Positions 58,660 through 64,000 of a stretch of 64,000 bases of DNA are shown piece after piece. The DNA is from a virus (Duplodnaviria; Heunggongvirae; Uroviricota; Caudoviricetes): the IMG/VR virus record IMGVR_UViG_3300026302_000005, positions 32,001 through 96,000 of that record. The stretch is one strand, 5' to 3'. The translations under genes and the position numbers were made by a program. The stretch's first letter is position 1; each line of letters starts with the position of its first letter. The notes beneath the pieces are model-generated. The model searched no databases, was not told where the DNA came from, and was given only the letters and a program-made list of their open reading frames with translations.

Positions 58660-58680
58660 GGGCCCCTTCCGGGGCCCAAA
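58660..58680. terminator. Hairpin between convergent genes
   Basis: GGGCCCC-TTCC-GGGGCCC-AAA. Confidence 0.7.
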
Positions 58681-58947
58681 TCACTCTTTGGGGGTTTGTT
58701 TGAATACTGTGGCGTTGTCTGCCACGGCACTGGCCGTGTAACCAAACGCTGCACCCCCAGCCAGCATGAATGCATATTCCATCGCTGTGATGTGTAGGAC
58801 GTTTGCAGGATCACCATACACAACGATGTATCCGATCACTGCGGCACAAAACCACAGTGTTCCGTAGGTGATCTTTTTTCGGTTACCCCGGGTGGGTAGC
58901 ATTTTCGAGATAATGCCGGGATCGAGAGCTAAGAGTGGGTGTGCCAT
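58681..58947 (-). CDS. Small two-TM protein, possible holin
   Basis: Two hydrophobic segments; GGAGG SD; TAAATA motif at 58966-71. Confidence 0.55.
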   Translation of the reverse strand: MAHPLLALDPGIISKMLPTRGNRKKITYGTLWFCAAVIGYIVVYGDPANVLHITAMEYAFMLAGGAAFGYTASAVADNATVFKQTPKE

Positions 58948-58978
58948 GTAATGTTCCTCCACCCGTATTTAGACCCGG

Positions 58979-59767
58979 TTAGAACCAGCGTCGGTCCGCT
59001 CCGATCATGGCAATCGTCTTGAGCATTTGATGGACTGCGGGCATATTCATCTTGCCGTTTTCATCGCGAACGCCGCCCTCCATATCGATCCAGATGTAAC
59101 CATCGCCGACGATCTTCTCTAGTTCAACCAAGGTGGTTATCACGTTGCTGGGATTGATGCCGCCAGCATAGCCGTTCAGAACTCCCGCGATAGGCTTGTT
59201 CCAGGTCCCAGGTTCAATTCCGCGACCGCCCGAGGCATCGTGGAGAATCTGATGGGCACGAATCGCACCAGTCTCTTTTTGTTGCATGGCTTCCCATACC
59301 CAGTGGTTGGCGACGTTGTGTTGGGTGATGATATTGCCGGAGTAGCTTTCATACCACCCATCCGACAGGGCATGCATAGTTCCGGTGCCAAATTTCTCCT
59401 GTTGTGCGGAGAAGTTCACCTGCACCCGGCCAAAGGTGATATCGAACTTCATATAGTCGATGCCGAATCCTTCCAACCATCTGGTTGAAAAGGTTTCGTC
59501 CAGTTTGGTTTGGAAAACAAAATCCCGCATCGTCTTGCCGCATAGGTGAGCAGCGAAGCGTGGGCGTGTTCCGATGACCGGAAACTCTTTCAACCGTTCG
59601 ACAAGACCGGTGATCCATTCCGCACTCGGATACCGAGGAGTTCCCTTTCGACCATCAGAAAACAGGACGCCCCACTCCAACCATGGATACTGCTTGGACA
59701 GTTTCAGGACTTCTTCATAATCGTTGTCATCGTCCAGGCCGGTGATAGTGACCGAGTGCAGCTTCAT
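58979..59767 (-). CDS. PRAI-like TIM-barrel protein
   Basis: VTITGLDD..EWGVLFS..RYPS..AAHLCG..RVQVN..LHDASGGRG..GYAGGINPSNV..WIDMEGGVR. Confidence 0.7.
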   Translation of the reverse strand: MKLHSVTITGLDDDNDYEEVLKLSKQYPWLEWGVLFSDGRKGTPRYPSAEWITGLVERLKEFPVIGTRPRFAAHLCGKTMRDFVFQTKLDETFSTRWLEGFGIDYMKFDITFGRVQVNFSAQQEKFGTGTMHALSDGWYESYSGNIITQHNVANHWVWEAMQQKETGAIRAHQILHDASGGRGIEPGTWNKPIAGVLNGYAGGINPSNVITTLVELEKIVGDGYIWIDMEGGVRDENGKMNMPAVHQMLKTIAMIGADRRWF

Positions 59768-59769
59768 GG

Positions 59770-60036
59770 TCAGTCCTCTTGATCTATGGGTTCAATCCAT
59801 ATTGGGGTTGTATCTCCAACATAGGAGCCGCCGATGTTGAAGTCAAAGAACTCGCGGGCCTCGTCATAGGACATACCATCGCGTTCCATCAGGATCGAGA
59901 GCACTTTTCCCACGTCATATGCCAGGACGTCGGACATGCCACACCGAGAGGCCACACCGATGATTGCTTCATCGAGCCCATCCGCCACCATCATACCATC
60001 GAATCGTTCGTCAGTGATATCAATTGCCATCGTCAT
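59770..60036 (-). CDS. Small phage hypothetical protein
   Basis: ADGLDEAIIG...AYD..KV...LM..DGM..DEA.EFFDFNI.GSYVG..TP; coupled to its neighbours. Confidence 0.8.
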   Translation of the reverse strand: MTMAIDITDERFDGMMVADGLDEAIIGVASRCGMSDVLAYDVGKVLSILMERDGMSYDEAREFFDFNIGGSYVGDTTPIWIEPIDQED

Positions 60037-60755
60037 TCTCCAGTGATCAGTTTTGCTGGTTGCCAGTTTTTGGTCCAGTGTTGGTCGGTCTGCACATGAT
60101 GGGCCCGGACATACTTTGCCACCTTCTGTGGGAATTCTTCCGCATTGAAGCTGTCAGCATGCCGCATCACAAAACCTTCGCGGGGCCCACCGATACTGGA
60201 CGGCTCCCGAAGATTCTTGACGAACCAATCAGTGATCGATTTGGTTGAATCGAACACACCCCGGAACAACACTGGCACTGTGGGGACCTCGATCTCCCGT
60301 GCCATATGCTCGACGGTGGACCATGCATAGAATCGGTCGTGTGGGTTTCCTCTGGCATCGACACCAACAGATCGAACCGCAAACAACCGATAGGTTTGAT
60401 CCTCTGGCATCGGCTCGTATTCGATGGAGTGAATTCCGTATAGGTCTTCGCCATAGAACACCAACCCGGCATCCCATGCCATGCCGGTTTCTGGATGAGG
60501 GGTTTGAAATTTGAGGGTCTTCCAGGCATGATGCTTCCGCACCATTGCCATCCACCCGGCTCGACTGGGCTGGCTGGTGGACCTGGCATAGACCTCGCCG
60601 TTCCACAGACAGGTGTTGCCGCCGTCCAACTTCTCCGTGATCACGACTTCCTGACCGACAAAGCTTTCCGGATCGGAATGAACGGTGTCATCCCGATGCA
60701 CGGTCTCCGACCATGGCCAATGGGGAGTGCTGCAATATTTCGGTGGATAGTCCAT
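60033..60755 (-). CDS. RNA ligase family protein (nucleotidyltransferase core only)
   Basis: KY.STPHWPWS; motif I VVITEKLDGGN; YGEDLY.IHSI.Y; VPVLFRG; REGFVMR; AKYVRA.H; start after a GGAGG SD. Confidence 0.85.
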   Translation of the reverse strand: MDYPPKYCSTPHWPWSETVHRDDTVHSDPESFVGQEVVITEKLDGGNTCLWNGEVYARSTSQPSRAGWMAMVRKHHAWKTLKFQTPHPETGMAWDAGLVFYGEDLYGIHSIEYEPMPEDQTYRLFAVRSVGVDARGNPHDRFYAWSTVEHMAREIEVPTVPVLFRGVFDSTKSITDWFVKNLREPSSIGGPREGFVMRHADSFNAEEFPQKVAKYVRAHHVQTDQHWTKNWQPAKLITGE

Positions 60756-60780
60756 GATCGCCTCCGTTTTTGGGAGACTA

Positions 60781-61320
60781 TCAGGTTCTTCCGTGATGGT
60801 CAATGGGTTTGAACGATTTCTTCTTCATGATCCGTTGAACTTCCTGGAACGAGATCGGAGCGTAGTTGTGGCAGTCCACACCTACGTCAAAGCTCAGTGC
60901 ATTCGGATCATCCGGGAGACTTCCGTGGGAGTGCCCATACAGGTGGAAGGCACCGTGGTGAGAACGATTCCAAACGCGAAATGCATAGTGCGACAACACC
61001 ATGAACTGCCCCTCGACCTTGATCTCCGCGTAGTCGCCGAAGAACTTCCAACCTTTGACCTGGCGGGTTGCCTTGTCGTGGTTGCCGATGCAGAAGTATT
61101 TGTTCCCGTTGAGACGGTCGAAGATACTCTGCAATCTGGGTGCATCGGAGAACCCGAAGTCTCCCAGGTGCCATACGGTGTCGTCTGGATCAACCCGGTC
61201 GTTCCAGTTCCGTATCAGTGCCTCATCCATTTCCTGGGCTGACCCAAACGGACGGTTCGAGTATTTGATGATGTTTGTGTGTCCGAAGTGTGTATCGGAC
61301 GTGAACCAAGTGTTCGTCAT
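60781..61320 (-). CDS. Calcineurin-like metallophosphoesterase
   Basis: WFTSDTHFGH, HLGDF, GNHD, SHY, LYGHSHG, DVGVD. Confidence 0.9.
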   Translation of the reverse strand: MTNTWFTSDTHFGHTNIIKYSNRPFGSAQEMDEALIRNWNDRVDPDDTVWHLGDFGFSDAPRLQSIFDRLNGNKYFCIGNHDKATRQVKGWKFFGDYAEIKVEGQFMVLSHYAFRVWNRSHHGAFHLYGHSHGSLPDDPNALSFDVGVDCHNYAPISFQEVQRIMKKKSFKPIDHHGRT

Positions 61321-61379
61321 TTGTGCTTCTCTCTTTTCATTCCACCTATAGGTATGAAAAGAGCCATACGAAGTCAATC

Positions 61380-61958
61380 TTACCCAGGGATAATCTCCAG
61401 GCACCGTTGCTCGAACCACAACCCTTCGAACTGCTGATTCTTGGCGGTCATCGTATTGTAAGCGACGAGTTCGTGAACCCGGTGATGTTGCTGTCCCGCC
61501 AACCCACCTGGCTCATAGTCGTATTCGCCCGAGTAACTATCATAGCCACCCGACGGTCCATAATACTCTCCGGTCATCACGGATCGACTGGCGTAGATGG
61601 TTGCCTCGTATCCTGCGTATTCTGGTGCCGGAATGGTGTGGATTTTTCGCTCCCGCCCACCCATGCCCATAGCACCGGCATAGAAATAGCCCAGGTCTCC
61701 CATGAGCCGATTCGTGAGCCGATGATCGCGGAGATGCTTGGTTGTGGGGGTGATCTGACTGAAAAGCTTTTTCCCATACGGTTCGACCAGATGGTCGAGA
61801 CCGATCTTTTCCAGGAACTCGATGATGTCCTGCTCGTGCTTGGCTTTCAGTTCTTCGGCGGCGATCTGCGGGGTCAGGTTGTAACCGCACCGAACGAACC
61901 GCTCCGGGATGATGACCCGAACCTTGACGCCCTTTTGGAATGGAGACTTCTTGCCCAT
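61380..61958 (-). CDS. Hypothetical protein
   Basis: ~190-aa ORF with an AAGGA SD. Confidence 0.7.
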   Translation of the reverse strand: MGKKSPFQKGVKVRVIIPERFVRCGYNLTPQIAAEELKAKHEQDIIEFLEKIGLDHLVEPYGKKLFSQITPTTKHLRDHRLTNRLMGDLGYFYAGAMGMGGRERKIHTIPAPEYAGYEATIYASRSVMTGEYYGPSGGYDSYSGEYDYEPGGLAGQQHHRVHELVAYNTMTAKNQQFEGLWFEQRCLEIIPG

Positions 61959-61967
61959 GACTTTTCC

Positions 61968-61996
61968 TTGACAGATTGCACTGGACCGGGTATTAC
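61968..61996 (+). promoter_or_regulatory. Sigma70-like early promoter
   Basis: TTGACA-17 nt-TATTAC. Confidence 0.65.
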
Positions 61997-62028
61997 ACAC
62001 CAAACCATCAACGTCAAGGGGATACTGA

Positions 62029-62556
62029 ATGGCCGTGGGAGATCGATACTACCGGTTTGAACGGTTCACTCCGCAGCAGGTGTTTCGGTGGATCGATGCG
62101 GGGAGAAAGCGTCCGATCCGGATGGATGGGTATCGGATCGATGGCATCATGTCGAACCGCGTCATGACGTATCATCACGGTGGATGCACCTGCGTGGCCT
62201 GTGGGCGTGTCGGAACGCACTTCTTCGCGGAGGCCGATGTCTACGATATGCAGTTGCTCAAGTGGTTCTTCAACCCGCTGGACAACCCGATTCCGACCGC
62301 CCACCTGAATCTGTATGGGTATGACCCGGGTGGTGGCGAGTTCATGATCACGTCCGATCACGTCGTGCCGAAGTCCCGTGGTGGCGATGATGGTGTCGGA
62401 AACCGCGTCCCGCTCTGTGCGTCATGCAATTTCATCAAGGGAAACGACCCGGACTGGTTGACAGACCTACCCAAAAACTCTAAAGGAGACCTCATACATC
62501 GCAAGAACCGGCAACTCAAGATCGCACCGGTCGAGAAGGAACACGCCCATGCCTAG
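62029..62556 (+). CDS. HNH endonuclease
   Basis: CVACG...TSDHVVPKSRGG.D...N...LCASCN..KG. Confidence 0.85.
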   Translation: MAVGDRYYRFERFTPQQVFRWIDAGRKRPIRMDGYRIDGIMSNRVMTYHHGGCTCVACGRVGTHFFAEADVYDMQLLKWFFNPLDNPIPTAHLNLYGYDPGGGEFMITSDHVVPKSRGGDDGVGNRVPLCASCNFIKGNDPDWLTDLPKNSKGDLIHRKNRQLKIAPVEKEHAHA

Positions 62557-63092
62557 TCATGGTGGGAAGATACGACCTTGCACCATGCAATGAACTCAGA
62601 GTCGGACAAGTTCATCTTCATTCGATTGATCAGTTTGTGAACCCATTGTATGTTGTCAACCGTATACCCAACAGAGCTATCGATACGATCCAACGATGCA
62701 GTGTTTAGGTCGGGACGGTTGGACCGGGGTGGAAAATTGATCGGGACACCAGACAAAGCACACTTTCGATCCTGGTCTAGGTATTTCTGATATGCTTGCT
62801 CGTGGGTTATATCCACCGGTAACCCACGCCTGACTGCGCCATTTACGATCTGGTGCCAATACAACACCGACATATCACCGACCGCATTCGGGTTACGCAT
62901 AGCTGTGAACTTACATGATGGACAGCGATATACGACGCCGCCAGTGAGATGCGACCCACGGACTATATGCTGATTGCCACACGAACATTGACATGTCCAC
63001 ATAGTTCCGTATTTTTTGTCAGAGTGATTCAACCCCACCACGCGCAGTGTGCCAAAAGTTTTCCCTTCGAGTGATAACCGATGTCCAGCCAT
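62553..63092 (-). CDS. Homing-endonuclease-like protein (Cys-rich N-terminus plus HNH-like domain)
   Basis: GKTFG.L.V..WTCQCSCG; CALSG..SLDRIDSS.GY..DNIQWVH..IN.MK. Confidence 0.8.
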   Translation of the reverse strand: MAGHRLSLEGKTFGTLRVVGLNHSDKKYGTMWTCQCSCGNQHIVRGSHLTGGVVYRCPSCKFTAMRNPNAVGDMSVLYWHQIVNGAVRRGLPVDITHEQAYQKYLDQDRKCALSGVPINFPPRSNRPDLNTASLDRIDSSVGYTVDNIQWVHKLINRMKMNLSDSEFIAWCKVVSSHHD

Positions 63093-63151
63093 TGCATTTC
63101 CCCCATACATGATCTATGTGACTATACTTAGGGGAGATGATGGGGATTCCT

Positions 63152-64000
63152 ATGGCAAATGTTCTTAAAGAGTTGGAGCAGAAGGGGTTGATCAAACCCC
63201 CTAGCTGGTTGGTGGAAAACACGCACTACCTGTGTCAGATGGGGAGTGTGGCATACGGTGTGTCAAACGACTCATCGGATGTGGACCTATACGGGTTCGT
63301 AGTGCCTACCAAGGAACTGATTTTCCCGCACCTGGCGGGCGAGATCGATGGTTTCGGAACCCAGCTTAACCGGTTCTACCAGTATGATCCGCATCACATC
63401 AAGGACCCGGCCAAGGGCAAGGAATACGACCTAGCCATCTACAGCATCGTGAAGTATTTCGATCTCGTCATGGGCTGCAACCCCAACATGATCGACAGCC
63501 TTTTCGTGCCGCGTCGGTGTGTGCTGTTCAGCAGCCCCATCGGGGAGATGGTCCGTGATCGCCGGAAGATGTTCCTGCACAAGGGGGCATGGCACAAGTT
63601 CAAGGGCTATGCCTACTCGCAGCTTCACAAGATCGGTCAGGCCAACAAGTCGAACCCCAAGCGGGCGGCGGATGTCGAAGCCCACGGCTATGACACGAAG
63701 TTCGCCTATCACGTGGTGCGACTCCTGAATGAGGTCGAGCAGATCATGGTCGAACATGATCTGGACATCACGCGGGATCGGGAACAACTCAAAGCGATCC
63801 GTCGCGGTGAGTGGTCGTTGGAGTATCTGCACGAGTGGTTCGAGGCCAAAGAGAAGGCCCTGGAAGGCGTTTATGCATCATCCACACTTCGGTATGGCCC
63901 AGATGAGAAAGCCATCAAGCAGCTTCTTCTGGATTGCCTGGAGCACCACTATGGGTCACTGTCGGGTGCAGTATCTAGGGACAATAGCCATGATCAGCTA
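63152..64000 (+). CDS. Nucleotidyltransferase (Pol-beta superfamily, YcgL/RlaP-like), truncated by window edge
   Basis: Not in the ORF track; translated by hand: MANVLKEL...MGSVAYGVSNDSSDVDLYG...NPNMIDSLF...KFKGYAYSQL...GYDTKFAYHVVRLL...LKAIRRGEW. Confidence 0.85.
   Translation, partial: MANVLKELEQKGLIKPPSWLVENTHYLCQMGSVAYGVSNDSSDVDLYGFVVPTKELIFPHLAGEIDGFGTQLNRFYQYDPHHIKDPAKGKEYDLAIYSIVKYFDLVMGCNPNMIDSLFVPRRCVLFSSPIGEMVRDRRKMFLHKGAWHKFKGYAYSQLHKIGQANKSNPKRAADVEAHGYDTKFAYHVVRLLNEVEQIMVEHDLDITRDREQLKAIRRGEWSLEYLHEWFEAKEKALEGVYASSTLRYGPDEKAIKQLLLDCLEHHYGSLSGAVSRDNSHDQL

Overview
This 64 kb window is part of a T4-superfamily-like jumbo myophage genome. The host is probably an alphaproteobacterium, inferred only from an RpoH-like sigma factor and a ROSE-like leader. 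Layout: (1) 1-33.6 kb, minus strand: baseplate/tail module (gp48/54-, gp53-, hub-, gp5-, gp25-, gp6-like genes, a 3092-aa virion protein, fibre-like proteins) ending in a coupled cluster of glycosyltransferase-like genes. Two plus-strand inserts interrupt it: an RpoH-like sigma gene and a ~700 bp ORF-free island. (2) 33.7-43.7 kb, plus strand: gp55-like late sigma, gp47/gp46, RuvC, dNMP kinase, ThyX. (3) 44.9-55.4 kb: gp26-like gene, tape-measure-like gene, portal, protease, scaffold, major capsid. (4) 55.4-64 kb: accessory genes (two RNA ligases, phosphoesterase, nucleotidyltransferase, BCS1-like AAA, Hsp20, HNHs). Best leads: the 19.3-19.9 kb island, which holds an aberrant CCA-ending tRNA-like element and a ~455 nt hairpin-rich putative ncRNA, each with its own promoter-like motif; a likely programmed -1 frameshift in the gp26-like gene upstream of the tape measure; a likely nested in-frame start in the portal gene; and an RpoH-like sigma plus ROSE-controlled Hsp20. 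All assignments come from reading motifs by eye; no searches or folding programs were run.
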